NCBI RefSeq assembly: GCF_006345805.1
Contig: NC_043004.1
Span: forward strand, 23,126,001-23,190,000
Reading direction: 5' to 3'
Source: Octopus sinensis
Taxonomy: Eukaryota
Length of the DNA stretch: 64,000 bases
Shown: positions 25,747 through 38,766 of the stretch, in pieces
Numbering within the stretch: position 1 is the first letter of the stretch
Layout of the letters: every line of letters begins with the position of its first letter
Translations under genes and position numbers: made by a program
Notes under the pieces: generated by a model
Databases searched by the model: none
Seen by the model: the letters and a program-made list of their open reading frames with translations, nothing else
What the model was told of the DNA's origin: nothing

Positions 25747-25911
25747 AAACACACCCACGCACGCTAACACACACATATACACATACACATATATCCTATA
25801 ACGGGACCTGATGCTAGTTATCATGCATGTCTGTGACGTCCTGGTTTTTTAACACCAGGCGAATTGATGAGAATATATTCCTTATGTCTATAATCGCAGC
25901 CTGCCCATATC

Positions 25912-25993
<82 letters not shown>

Positions 25994-25999
<6 letters not shown>

Positions 26000-26117
26000 T
26001 ATATAGAAGGAGCTTCTACAGGACTAGAACTGTTTCATTCAAGAGAAATCATCAGGAAATCCTGATGATTTCTCTTGAATGAAACAGACCTGTAGAAGCT
26101 CCTTCTATATAATAAAT
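25994..26117. repeat. 124-bp foldback palindrome abutting a long (TA)n, containing a CTGATGA...GAAAC...GTC motif
   Basis: Inner stem 26030-26057/26060-26087 (28 bp, 2-nt loop). Outer stem 25994-26022/26089-26117 (29 bp). A 7x1 internal loop separates them. Confidence 0.95.
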
Positions 26118-26183
26118 TAATTTTACTCTGCTATGTATTGAGTACCTTATTTACTGTGGTTAACCCCGAATCAACTCGGGACC

Positions 26184-26273
<90 letters not shown>

Positions 26274-26389
26274 TGTGTGTGGAGAGAGGGAGGGTGAATT
26301 TTGACAAAAATATGGAAATTTGTCATCAATGTATGTACGTCGCGTAAATTTCTGTAGCAATTCCAAACAGAACTTTAAACGATATACTC

Positions 26390-26787
26390 TTTTACTCTTT
26401 TACTTGTTTCAGTCATTTGACTGCGGCTATGCTGGAGCACCGCCTTTAGTCGAGCAAATCGACCCCGGGACTTATTCTTTGTAAGTCCAGTACTTATTCT
26501 ATCGGTTTCTTTTTTGCCGAACCGCTAAGTAACGGGGACGTAAACACACCAGCATCGGTTGTCAAGCAATGCTAGGGGGACAAACACAGACACACAAACA
26601 CACACACACACATACATATACATATATACGACAGGCTTATTTCAGTTTCCGTCTACCAAATCCACTCACAAGGCATTGGTAGGCCCGGAGCTATAGCAGA
26701 AGACACTCGCCCAAGATGCCACGCAGTGGGACTGAACCCGGAACCATGTGGTTGGTTAGCAAGCTACTTACCACACAGCCACTCCTG
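26390..26787 (-). mobile_element. Full-length family B SINE
   Basis: Reverse complement of the element at 15085-15486 over its whole length, including the internal (CA)/(TA) tract. Confidence 0.9.
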
Positions 26788-29208
26788 TGTGGTATATTTT
26801 ATGACTTCCTTTAGATATTTAATAACCAATTTTTATCATCCAAGTTATTCTAAGATATCATTTCAGACGAGTTGTTCTAACCTTCACTCAAAGAGGGGAC
26901 ATTTATCTAATATCACTCCACGCACATTCTACTGAACCAACCACACATACCTGTTTTCCAGTGAGGTTGCCAGCGATAAATACACTTTCTAACGAGGAAG
27001 CATTTATTTGCTCAATTTGCTAAAAATTATCTCTCTTTCACTTTAAGACTTGCTAACAATTACTGCAAGGTTTTTCTTTAAAGGCAGAATGTTTTTGCAT
27101 ATGTTACTTCGTACATCACTTCATTGTCTACCTTAATTCTTTTTCATGCTACTGGCTCATTTCAGTTATTTCGCTTACTTCACTTTTGTAATCATACATA
27201 TTATACTGACCAAAGCTCTTAGTAATTTTCTCTACTGCTTGAAATATTTCTGACTTTTAATCAAAACATTCATTTGAAGACAACGCTTCACAGGTGTGCT
27301 TTAATCAGGCCGAAACATGCCCATAGCTGTCATTTCATTTTGCCTGATTACAATGATCCCATTTTCTCCCAATGATCACATTTTCTCCCTTTAAAATAGA
27401 AGTACTTCTTGAAAGTACATACATACACACACACACACATTTGTGTTTGAGAGTTGCAAATAATTACCGTTAGATTTATGGTTTTCTCGCTCTCTCTCTC
27501 CGATAAAGAGGAAAATTCAGTATTTGTTGTGTATATAAAATTACATTTTCAGATGTGTACTTGTGTTTTAAACATTAAGATCTTATTTAAGAGAAATTTG
27601 AATGCTATTTCTAACAAATCCTGCGACTGGGTATCTGTTAGCTCATTGAAAATAAAGGCAGTGGGTTTATCATCCGCAAACTTTACAAGATAAAGCATTT
27701 CTGTGACGGCTTACATTTGCTTTTGAACAACCGTGATTACAATGGTGTCTTTTAAAACGCATCATCTTATCAACGATTGTTACGCTGTTTTATATTTGTC
27801 GTTATAATTGTCACTATAGAGTCACCATAAAGATTTGTATAGATGTTTATTATGGTGCAATTATTATCTTTGTTGTTTAATAAAATTGAAACGTATTAAT
27901 TACATGCTATATATCAGCGACAATAACATCTAGTGAAACCTAATACCCATTGAAATTGCATTCTTTTAGAAATAAGTAGCCATATTACGAATTAAAATTT
28001 TAGTTTTCTATTGATAATTTCCATGAAGATACTATTCTTGATGCATGCATAGAGTTTAAAGAAAAGAAAGCCTGCGGTTCTCTAAATTCCGAGAACAAAG
28101 CTTAAACTGAACTTCTAAGTTATTTTCTAAAGATCCGAAATCTCCGTGCATTTGGTAACGAAACGCTATTGACAACTGTGAAGAAAGGTGATTGTTAAAA
28201 TGGTACGTTGGGAAACTACCGATGTAATCATCTCCTTCCTTCACCAATCGTTGCGCTCACTGTATGTGGTCATAGCCAGTGTGTTGTTGTCCCTTTAGAT
28301 ATGAATAGGTACCACATTACCTTTGTCCACGGATCTACTATGAACCAGACTGCATAACTGAACTCATAACTTCAGAGAATGCGGAATGAGGACAACTAGT
28401 TTGTAAACAGAAAGCGTATTATATTTTCATTGTTATTTTCTTAATAAATTTTGTTGAAGATCTCAAATGCCAAATAGATTGTTAGATTCTCATTCAAGTG
28501 TATATTAAGTGTGTCTCTAGTAATATGAAGCCTGCTCGATGCTTAATTGGAAAACATTTCAGATTTAAATTTATGAAAATATATTTCCAAAAGAATCATC
28601 TGAAATCGGGGCAACTCAACAATTTTTAGTTAAAGCTAAATATTTTATTCTAAACATACTGTGTTATTTACATTAAACCACTGAGTTAACTGAGAAAATT
28701 AAGCTACTTCAAGCTGGGTCGTCGCTGGACAATATATCTTGTATTGTTTGTTCCGGCTCACTGCGCCTGACGTTCAAATGTCATCAAGGTCAATTTTGCC
28801 TTTCATGTTTTCATGTCATTAAATTTCAGTGCGGCGAATTGAAGAATTTCTTTCATTTTATAAAATTTTCCAGCGTCGTATTTTTCTTGAATTCCTATGA
28901 AACTAAACTCTTTATTTATTTATAACATTTAGACACAAAGAAAAAAGAAGGTAAAATGAAAGGGGGAGGATAAAGCAGTAGAAGACGGATGGAGAGTGGA
29001 GGATAGCTCACATATCACAAAAGAAATGGTGTGCTCATCCGCGAACCGTGATAATGACCGTGATGGCATTGCCGCGGAGAATGACCAGCGACATACACTG
29101 CAGCAACCACTCCACCTCGAGGGACTCATTCCTCTGGGAAATTGGTAGTACTGCACCCTAGAACACCTGCCACTTTGACGGCGGCCAGCATAGCCTAATA
29201 GCGGCCGA

Positions 29209-30478
29209 TCAGGCACTTGTACATCGTGATTTTTCTCTCCGCCGCAAGTATTTGTTCCCTCTTTGTGCATTTCGAGTTCTGGAATGACAAGCTTACTTTA
29301 TCCGTTACCCATAGTAACGCAAAAATCAGGTCCTTGTGTACCTTTAGAAGAGTTTAACTTTGTTGATGACATTTAGACGAGATTTTTTTTTCTTCACACT
29401 AGCTTTGTAGGTTTTGAAAAAAATAAAAGGTTCACTAAGCTGGGAAACGAAACAGCAGTAGAAATGCTTCATCGTATCATACCTACTGTTTAATATGAAT
29501 TAAAGTTACACAGGATGATGTATTCCTAGATATACTATATCATTTGGTTTTGAATAATTTTCTCTGGTAGACAGAGCATCTCAATAGCCTTCATGAACAC
29601 TGCCAGACCGACGTAAAGACGAGCTGTCGCGGTTCTATTGATCTTAATCATAATAATGACATATCTACTACTACTGCCACTGCTGCTACTATTAATAATT
29701 ATAATAATAATAATAATGCTACTACGACCACCACTATCACAATAGTGCTAATGACAGCAAGCTTTACTTTGTTGATGATTAATAGAATATGACGTAAGCA
29801 GGACAGCAAGACAGATATACATTTGAATGATGAGTCAGTTAATAAGAAGTATGTATTTTATGGATGCACTAATCAAATTTGTATAGAAATCGTCTTAGCG
29901 TCTTTTTTAAATCAGGAACAACATATACATACGCAATAGCATTATGGTTTGCCACTTTTTTAAAATTAATTTAGCTCATCGTTTCTTAATAAGAATCTTT
30001 ATCATATTTCATATTAGTGACACGTCGTCTTCTGTCAGTTGTGTTCTTGGTTGTCTTCTAAACCAATTACTAACTTTCTCTGTCTATAGAGAGTTTCTAT
30101 ATTAGGAAAATCGAATTTTTAAAAGTCATTTATCTCAACTATAATGCGTATTTACACACTCGCTCACGAACGCGTTAGCACATACACACTAACATATAGA
30201 CAGGCAGCCGGACGGACGAACGGGTGGATGGGTGGATGGACAGATGGATATGAAAAGAAAATAGGCTGCTGGAAATGACTGATAAAGGCGAGTGACCTAT
30301 ATTTGAAGAACAAGTACGAATTAGGGTATGTTGACTTACAGGATAAGTTCTTCAATTTTTGAAATCATCTCTGCTTGCAAAGAAGCTCGACCAACCACTT
30401 GGGTACTATTGTGTCGACTCCAAATTAGATGTGTTCTCCGAAATTTATTTGCCATTAAGGAAAAGACAGTCTGATTGT
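29209..30478 (-). CDS. Weak candidate spliced small ORF: exon 30478-30340 (ATG at 30455) plus terminal exon 29278-29209
   Basis: Acceptor TCTTATTTTTAG|, donor CT|GTAAGT and acceptor CTTGTCATTCCAG| join in phase to give MANKFRRTHLIWSRHNSTQVVGRASLQAEMISKIEELILTRNAQRGNKYLRRREKSRCTSA*. No homology recognised. Confidence 0.2.
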
Positions 30479-32517
30479 CTAAAAATAAGACAACGGCTGT
30501 GAGCAAGAGATTTTGCCAGAATAGGCAGTGCAGCACAACACTTACTCTAGATTCTACGGCAGACGAAGAAATTAGAACACATTTATGGCCTAGGTAATGT
30601 GTATAAACGACATAAAAATGAACTAAAAGAAATAAGTCAGAGGTGCCAGTGGCATGTATATTAACAACTAAGACGAGTATGATTATATTAGATAACATTC
30701 AAAATAAATTCTTTGATTTATTGAAATAACCTCCACTCTGAGAGGGAATAGACCTATCGCTGGGTAACAATCACTAACAACTCTACGATGAATGGTGTAG
30801 GGTACGATATTTTAGCTGCTGGATACTAAAACAATTATGCGAAAAATAGAGTAATCAATTAGTGAGGGAAAATATAGTTGTAACTGGTGTAAATTTCTTT
30901 ATAAATGCAATATCAATAAACTCATGAGTGTTTGTGTTGTATATCAGGGGTAGATTTAAATATTTGTGAAAAATTTATGATTCATAATAAAGAAGTTATA
31001 ATGATGGTATCTTATTTATAAGCAACTGACAATTATATAACATTTTAATGGAAGATTTATCTAAATAAAAATGAAACCTGTTGAGTAAGTTGCTATGGTG
31101 TTTCAAAAGATTCCGTTTGTTCATTTAGAACGTGAATATGAAACATTTTCAAAAGTACAAAGAAGTGATAGATATCTTATAGCAAATAAGGATAAGGATG
31201 TACGAAATTTAAAAGGACCTATGATATATCATTATCTAAATTTCTATATTTCAAGTTCCAAATACTGATTGTCAGTTATGTTCTGAAAGCTTCAAAACGT
31301 ATAGTTTTGCTGATATTATCAAACTTTAATAAAGAGGCTATGCCTGTGTTTGTTATATAATTCAGAAGTACTCCAGATTTAATAATTGCTGAATATATGC
31401 TGGATTTTAAAAGGCATTTTTCTTGAACCGAACTAGAATAGAGTGTAAAGTATGTAAAACATAAGTATTATCAATGAAGTTAGAATGAGAGTAATGGATT
31501 TTTTATTTGCTAATTGAGAACATAGATTTAGCGAAATTTAAGTTTAAATGAATAATGATAAAATTATTTCTTTATTTGTGTGTTATAAGAAAACAAATGC
31601 ATAAATTTTTAAGAATACTTTGCCGATGAATTTGATAAACACACATGGCTATAAAAGCTACATCATTAAAATAAAATATATTGGGATTATGACAAAGAAT
31701 AGATAGAAAATGATTAAATAAGAGATTTCAACTGGATCCTTTAACCACATGCGAAAAAAGATGCAATATTCATTTTGAGTAATTTATTTTTGAAAACCGA
31801 ACTGCTGAAACAACTCTCCCAGCTGACACATGAATCTAACGAAATTGAACTACATATTATTAGCAAACATCGTCCAAGTCATCATCATCATCATCACGAT
31901 TGTTCGACCGTGGTCGAGACAATGGAATTTACCATGCTACGCCAGACTTCACGGTCCATCATGGCATTACGGAGGTCCTGTTGTCCAAGTCATATAAACA
32001 CCAAAATTGTGAAATTATTTTAGTTAGCACTTACGAATAATAGCACATGAGATATTAATTGGCTTAAAAGCATATACGACAAATACAATTATTTGTCATA
32101 ATATTCACTCAATTTAACATTATTTATTACTCTAACCACAACTAAACCATTTACTGTTAAAAGCCTTAGTATTTGCCAACTACACATTTTCTATAGCACA
32201 AAATGCATAAAATCATACAACACAATAGAAGCTATGTTCTTTCAAAAAGCCCTTATGACCAGCAATGTTATTTGCAGCTGAATGAAGAGTTTATATATAT
32301 ATAACAAATAGTGGTACAACGAGGCACCAATGTTTGCTGGAAAGTGGTGCTATTGTATTGTATAGTAATAAGTTTATACCACTAGTCTGCATGAATAACA
32401 CTGCAGAGGAAAGTGAATTCCTGGTTAACATGAAATTGTATATATTATGTGTGATGCATACATTGTGTGTTTGTGTGTGCGTCTGTGTGTAAGTTGATGT
32501 TTGATTAATGTTGGTAA

Positions 32518-32740
32518 GATTTGATACACCTGACATGTAACAGTTAAACCACTTAAGTTTGGTGTCCAAGTATTTACTCCGTGCTGGCCCTATAGCCTGC
32601 ATATTCTGGTTGCAAGTATAGTATGACGTCATGAGTTCCGAAAAACAAATCGAATAAAGGACTATCAAGTTATGACCGTCTTAATTACTTTAATTATGAT
32701 ACGTTTCATGTATCTATTTATGTATCTAGCAATACCTATA

Positions 32741-32776
<36 letters not shown>

Positions 32777-33272
32777 TTTACTCTACCACTGGTATTTGAG
32801 TACTCTTTTTTCCACCTTGTTTCACATTTATGTGTTTACTCCGGTATATATATATATATATGCATGTATTTGTGTGTCTGTTTGTTCCCCACCATCGCTT
32901 GACAACCGATGTTGGTGTGTTTACATCTCCGTAACTAGTGGTTCAGCATAAGTGACCGATAGAATAAGTACTAGACTTACACAGAATAAGTCCTAGGGTT
33001 GATTTGTTCCTCTATAGGTGGTGCTCTAGCATGGCCGAAGTCAAGTTACTGAAACAGGTAAAAATATAAAAGAAGATATATGTTTGTGTGTGTGTGTGTC
33101 TTTATGCCTGATTAATTTAATTATGATTTGATACACCTGACATGCAACAGTTAAACCATTTAGGTTTTATGTCCAAGTATTTACTCCATGCTGGCCCTAT
33201 AGCCTGCATCTACTGGTTGCAAGTATAGTATGACGTCATGAGTTCCGAATCACGAATGGAATAAAGGACTAT
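32518..33272 (+). repeat. 148-bp direct repeat pair (32518-32665 and 33125-33272), each carrying a perfect CRE palindrome TGACGTCA
   Basis: About 88% identical by eye, period 607 bp. A TA tract and a family B SINE 3' half lie between the copies. CRE sites at 32624-32631 and 33231-33238. Confidence 0.9.
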
Positions 33273-35326
33273 GCAAATATTGGGTTGAAAACCCCTTTTG
33301 GGTAGAAAATGGTGAGATATTCCTATAATTAGATCACACTCTTACACACATACATACACACACGCACACACACACAATAACCCTTTCATTTCTAGCATGC
33401 TGATAACTAAAGAATTCAAATTCGTTAAAGGTAACTCCAAAATCTTTAAAATAAAATACGAATGAAATACTGATACTTGTGTTCCTCAGACTTCTTTAAG
33501 AAAGAATCTACAACTGCGTTTACCGAACGAATCTTCTTAATGCAGTTTGCACTTGTAGGAGCCGATATGGATAAATGGCAACGGTGTTCTTGGGTATTCT
33601 TGTAAAGATCAGCGATCCCAACATTTATTAGTTTTGAAAGACACTGCATCCGCTCAGATATTTGTCGTGATAAATCACTCTATTGTACTAACACTCATTC
33701 AGTGATTGTGTTTCATTTCTTTGCCTTTCACTGAAAGAAAACATGAAATACTTTCCTATATTGTGTACACACACAATTTGTCACTGTGACTGGTTTGACC
33801 GACCATAAGCGACAGGTAGAGGAGAATAATCTAAATGAACGCTGTATTGACATATAACATTGAAAATAAAATTAATACTTTACGTTGGAAATATTTCAGA
33901 GAAAAGAACAACTTTTGAACAAATATTCTTTCAGCTTTCTATTTACGGTTGTAACTATTTTCTTTTTTCTCTCTCTCTCTTTTTTTTTACCTTCTTTTTG
34001 CCGTTACCTCTTACGCTTTCTATGCATTCCTCATGAATATCTGATATTGTATTATTTAGATCTCGATCCATTTGAATGTAATATTATGACATTCCTCATC
34101 TCTATCAAAGTATTTAGTGTCGCACAAGAAGTGTTCTGTAAACAACTTCAGAATCAACAATATTCTCTCACTGTTTTCGCCCTTCAGTTATATTCCCTTT
34201 TAGCTGTTCAGCAATTCTACATGGTGTTTCTTTCTTTCTCAGTCACAGAGAAATCTTCTTTAATTACGCCCTGTAAAACTACGGATCATAATATTTCTCA
34301 ATGTTCTAACTAATATTTATTCCCTCTCCTCTACAAATCTTACTACTATCTCATATCAGCCCTCAAGAACTCTTAACAGTTCTTGGTATTATGGAGTTTA
34401 TATGAAATCAAAGAAGATATAAAAATGCAAATGCCGATCGAAAAAGTCTCTTCTGTTTGTAGTAGCGAAATAAATGTTAAAGGAGAAAATATGATGCTTG
34501 AAATCTTGCCAAAATTATGCTTCTAAAAAAATGTATTCGGATTTCAGTTATTCTCCATCTTGGCACTTAATGACGATGAAAAAGAAATAAGAAAGCTTGT
34601 CAGTTTTTGAAAGGCAAATAACATGCAGCGGTTAGTCTTCGCGCTTATTAAATAGAATTAGCTGGCAATTTATGCTTTTAAGCTAAATATTTCTAAGCCT
34701 TTTATATAATCCAACAAGACAAGAGTAATTCTACGAAACGAAATGAAGCTACATGTACTCACAAATACCAAAGTATACATGTGTATATACACATGAATAC
34801 ACACACACGTCACGTAGATACATACAAACATATATAGATATAGATATTCATAAACACGCATAAATATATTTCTGTGTATGTATTCACAAATGTGTATTTG
34901 TAGGCATGCACATTCATGTATATACATCTTAATATTTAAGTATACATGTGCGTATAACACACACACACACATGTATGTATCTATGTATGTATGTATAGAT
35001 TGTGTTTGTGTATACTGTGTATAGACTATATTTGTATATATGTAATGTACGAGACATTTTGCTTAGGGACGTGTTTGCCCAACTTAACTATCCTCTTACT
35101 GTTTCACGTATTCCCTTACAGTTTCTGTCATACACAGAAATTGCAGCTTGTAAAACTAATTTCACTTGGCGAAGCTGGAATAGTTTTTATCAGATGTGGT
35201 TCTGATATTGCAAAACGCCTTAATTTTCTTATCAAATTATTAATGATGACTATCTGAAAAGAAATTGCTATAAACGTATATTTATAGAATGTATGAGTGT
35301 ATGTGTGTGTAAGTGTAAATATATTC

Positions 35327-35372
<46 letters not shown>

Positions 35373-36404
35373 TATATATGCGTGTGTATGTGTATAAGAG
35401 CTTAATTCTTTGTGTGCAAATTTGCTGGTGTGTGCGTATGTATGTGTGGGGTGTATTTTGGTTTTGTCTAGAAATACCTATGCCCCTCAGATTCTGAGTC
35501 AAGTAAAATGGTACCAGTTGATAAAGGTCGACACTCTAGAGATAAGCAAATGAAATTCTTTCTTATGCCGAACTTCAGAAACCACACCTTTTACAATATG
35601 CTATTTTCATCTGCGAAGTTCTTTAGATTTCAGCTAGCTGACGGTTTTGCGATTCTAGCACAGGTATAATGTCTTCTAGCAGTGACCAAACAAAATTCGA
35701 TGTTTTAGAGAACTAAAGATGTATTGAATAAGATTGGTATGTGATTTGGTTAAAGGTTGTGGCATCAGCAATGTTCAGAATGAATTATATAAGCTTCTGA
35801 AGTGACCTTGTTGGTGTAAACTGGCTAATGTTCTGCCATTTTCCAGTAAAGTGTCGTTGTTTTGGCTATCTCCCGTAAATTAAAAGTGAAATATTGCCGT
35901 CTATGTACTTTCTTCACTCGGTCTCCCCATCTCTTTACTCTTTCTGACATCTGATTCATTATTCCTTTGGAAATGTTTAGATATGTGTGTGTGTGCGTGT
36001 ATGTGGGTGTGTATGGATAGATGCATACATAGCTACATACATATATACATACATACATACATACATACATACATACATTTTTGGCATCGTTAGAATTTAG
36101 AGACTTCAAAAGTGATGGAAATAATATTTTGTCTTTGGAATAGGGAAACGTGAAACAAAGATATGAAAAGAGCCATTAAATATAGGATTTAAAAAAATAA
36201 TTACACGTTTTATCTCCTTCGACTTACACCGTTCCAGAAAAGAGTTATATATATATATATATTATTTAATTATATATCTATTACCTATATACAATTATAT
36301 ATATATATATATATATATACATCGCTTTTACATTTTATTCTATTATATTGTATTATGTTATACAAACACACACATAGACACACATACATATATACACACA
36401 CACA

Positions 36405-36446
<42 letters not shown>

Positions 36447-36450
<4 letters not shown>

Positions 36451-36738
36451 CGCCACTCAGAGGTTGCTAGCAACAAACTGGCCGCATAACCATTGGAACG
36501 CGTCACTTCCACAAGAATTTAAATAAGAGACACACCAACATGTTCAAGCAGTAATCGGAACAAGGCACGGCGGTCATGAGATAAATGAAACCGGAGGCGA
36601 TGTATGCATTCGTCACATAAGCCCGACCTTTCAGGGACAGCTTTCTTTCAGCCCATTCCTGGGTAAGACTGACCACCCTGTTCGCCACTTCATCCCAGTT
36701 CTTATCAACCTGGAAGTCGGGACCAAAGCAGACCCCAG
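36447..36738 (-). mobile_element. Tx1/L1-clade LINE ORF2 fragment (post-RT thumb region), degenerate
   Basis: Translates LGVCFGPDFQVDKNWDEVANRVVSLTQEWAERKLSLKGRAYVTNAYIAS...LFKFLWK*RVPMVMRPVCC*QPLSGG, matching the L1/Tx1 pattern LG...NW...W..R.LSL.GR..V.N...FLW....V.R....P..GG. Confidence 0.85.
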
Positions 36739-36750
36739 TAATAATAATAC

Positions 36751-38157
36751 TACTCTTTTACTCCTTTACATGTTTCAGTCATTTGACTGTGGCCATGCTG
36801 GAGCACCGTCTTTGGTCGAGCAAATCGACCCCAGGACTTATTCTTTGTAAGCCTAGTACTTATTATATCGGTCTCTTTTGCCGAACCGCTAAGTTACGGG
36901 GATGTAAACACACAAGCATCTGTTGTCAAGCAATGTGGGGGGGGACAAACACACACACACACACACATATATATATATGACGGACCTCTTTCAGTTTCCG
37001 TCTACCAAATCCACTCACAAGGCTTTGGTAGAAGACACTTGCCCAAGCTCCCACGCAGTGGGACTGAACCCGAAACCATGTGGTTGGTAAGCAAGCTACT
37101 TTATTTCATTGAATTGACAATGAAGGTCGTACACAGATAAAGGTAGCTGCGGGATGAACAGAGACATTAATGTGAATGAGAACGACAAAGATGGACAAAA
37201 ATAATAATAATGGGAGGGGCACCGGCGCCCGCCGACCGATAACCCTGTTCAATTTAAATCAATGTAAATCAAAATTATGATTTCAAAAATTAAAATTACA
37301 AATTACAAAAAAATATTTTTCATTATTCTTCGTCTTCCTCATCCGGGCCCTCAAGTAAGTTTTCTGCCGCCTGCAGGGAAGCCTGCATCGGCAGGCCTGG
37401 ACCGAGGAAAACAAAATCCTCTTTGTTACAGGTCCACTCGACTTCAATCAGCTCTTTCTGATTTATGACCTCCGCAGCCACCTGGAGAGGCCAACTTGGA
37501 CAGTCTATACAGGTCGGGTCATATCGCTTTAGGTCTAGTAGACTGTCCAAGTATAACTCCACAGACCCTCCCTTGTGATAGAGAATGGCAACCACTTCTT
37601 CACAAAGAGAGGTCTCATCCTGCTCTGTCAGTGGCACATTTCCCACTGACAGAGCCTCTCGCTCCGGTGGCACACTTCCCACCGGAGGAACATCGGGTTC
37701 GGTCGACGGCACAGCAACATCCGGTGACCCTCCCCCGTTTCTCTTCTTCCTCTTTTTTCTTCTTCTGTCGGTTACGGGAGTCGGGGCCTCCGTCGGCACA
37801 TCCGAAGGATCCTCCTCCTCTCCCGCAACCTGCACGTCTCCTGGTGAGCAATCACCGTTGCTCATATTTCTCTTTGTTCTCGTTGAGGTCGACAACTCAA
37901 CGACTTCCTCCGTTTCTCCCTGCAATGGGAGAGCTGAGAGCACCTTCCGCTTTTCCTGCTCCGGAGCCTTACCACGGCCCCGGGGGCAGTCCTTCTTGAC
38001 ATGGCCTGACTCCCGGCACTAGTGACACTTGGGTGGGCGAACTCCAGAATCACAGGATACCTGGAGCCAGCCATCCTCAAAAAGTCGGGGATGGTCATTT
38101 TGCCTGCGGCCACTGGGTAAGCAAGCTACTTACCACACAGCCACTCCTACGCCTATA
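36751..38157 (-). mobile_element. Family B SINE split in its tRNA-like head (38157-38116 plus 37101-36751) by a 1014-bp insertion
   Basis: The head ATAGGCGTAGGAGTGGCTGTGTGGTAAGTAGCTTGCTTACC resumes as AAGTAGCTTGCTTACCAACCACATGG after the insert. Confidence 0.9.
37102..38115 (-). mobile_element. 5'-truncated Tx1/L1-like retrocopy with only the ORF1 C-terminal half (CCHC knuckle) and a 3' UTR; 16-bp TSD
   Basis: TSD GGTAAGCAAGCTACTT at 37086-37101 and 38116-38131. Peptide IPDFLRMAGSRYPV-(frameshift)-RPPKCH*CRESGHVKKDC (knuckle 38027-37986), then an acidic/basic low-complexity ORF to TAA at 37325-37323. A 221-nt tail ends at AATAAA (37105-37100). Confidence 0.85.
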
Positions 38158-38178
38158 CTACTACTAATAATAATAAAA

Positions 38179-38212
<34 letters not shown>

Positions 38213-38766
38213 TATTATTATTATTATTATTATTCAGCAGCATTGTTAGTGTGCCGAAAACAAACGATTTTCGGTTTCTCTTCCGGTTCTTTAATTTCTG
38301 AGTTCAAAGGTCAACTTTGCGTTTCTTCCCTCTGGAAAAGGATAAAATGAAACATCTGTCTTGACTAGTCCTCACCCGTTAAAATGGCTACCCTTGTGTC
38401 TATATCAGAAGCTCTCGTTGTTAATATTATTACAATAATAGCTTAACACAATTTGCAGAGAATATTCAATATTGCGATGAATTTGCAAAATCGATAGAGA
38501 AGCGGTCCAAATGGCGATGAATTGGTGAAACCCTTAGGCTTTGAAGAAAATTCTATGCAGTATTTATGCGCCTTGTATTACAGTCATGGTTCAAAACCCG
38601 CTGATATAAACTTTCATCCAATAAAAGGAACTAATCAAGTTTTGGAAGGAATTTAATCAACTGTCCTGATTTTCAAAATTCGAGGCCTTGCAGCTATATT
38701 TGAAATCACTGCTATCATTATTAGTAAGACGCCAAACCAATCAATGCCCTGCGAATGAATTTTAAA

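Noticed and set aside
28990-29150. DGEWRI...VIMTVMALPRR as a continuation of the Cys-loop candidate
   Set aside because: No hydrophobic M1 follows, there is no usable acceptor, and the spacing is off.
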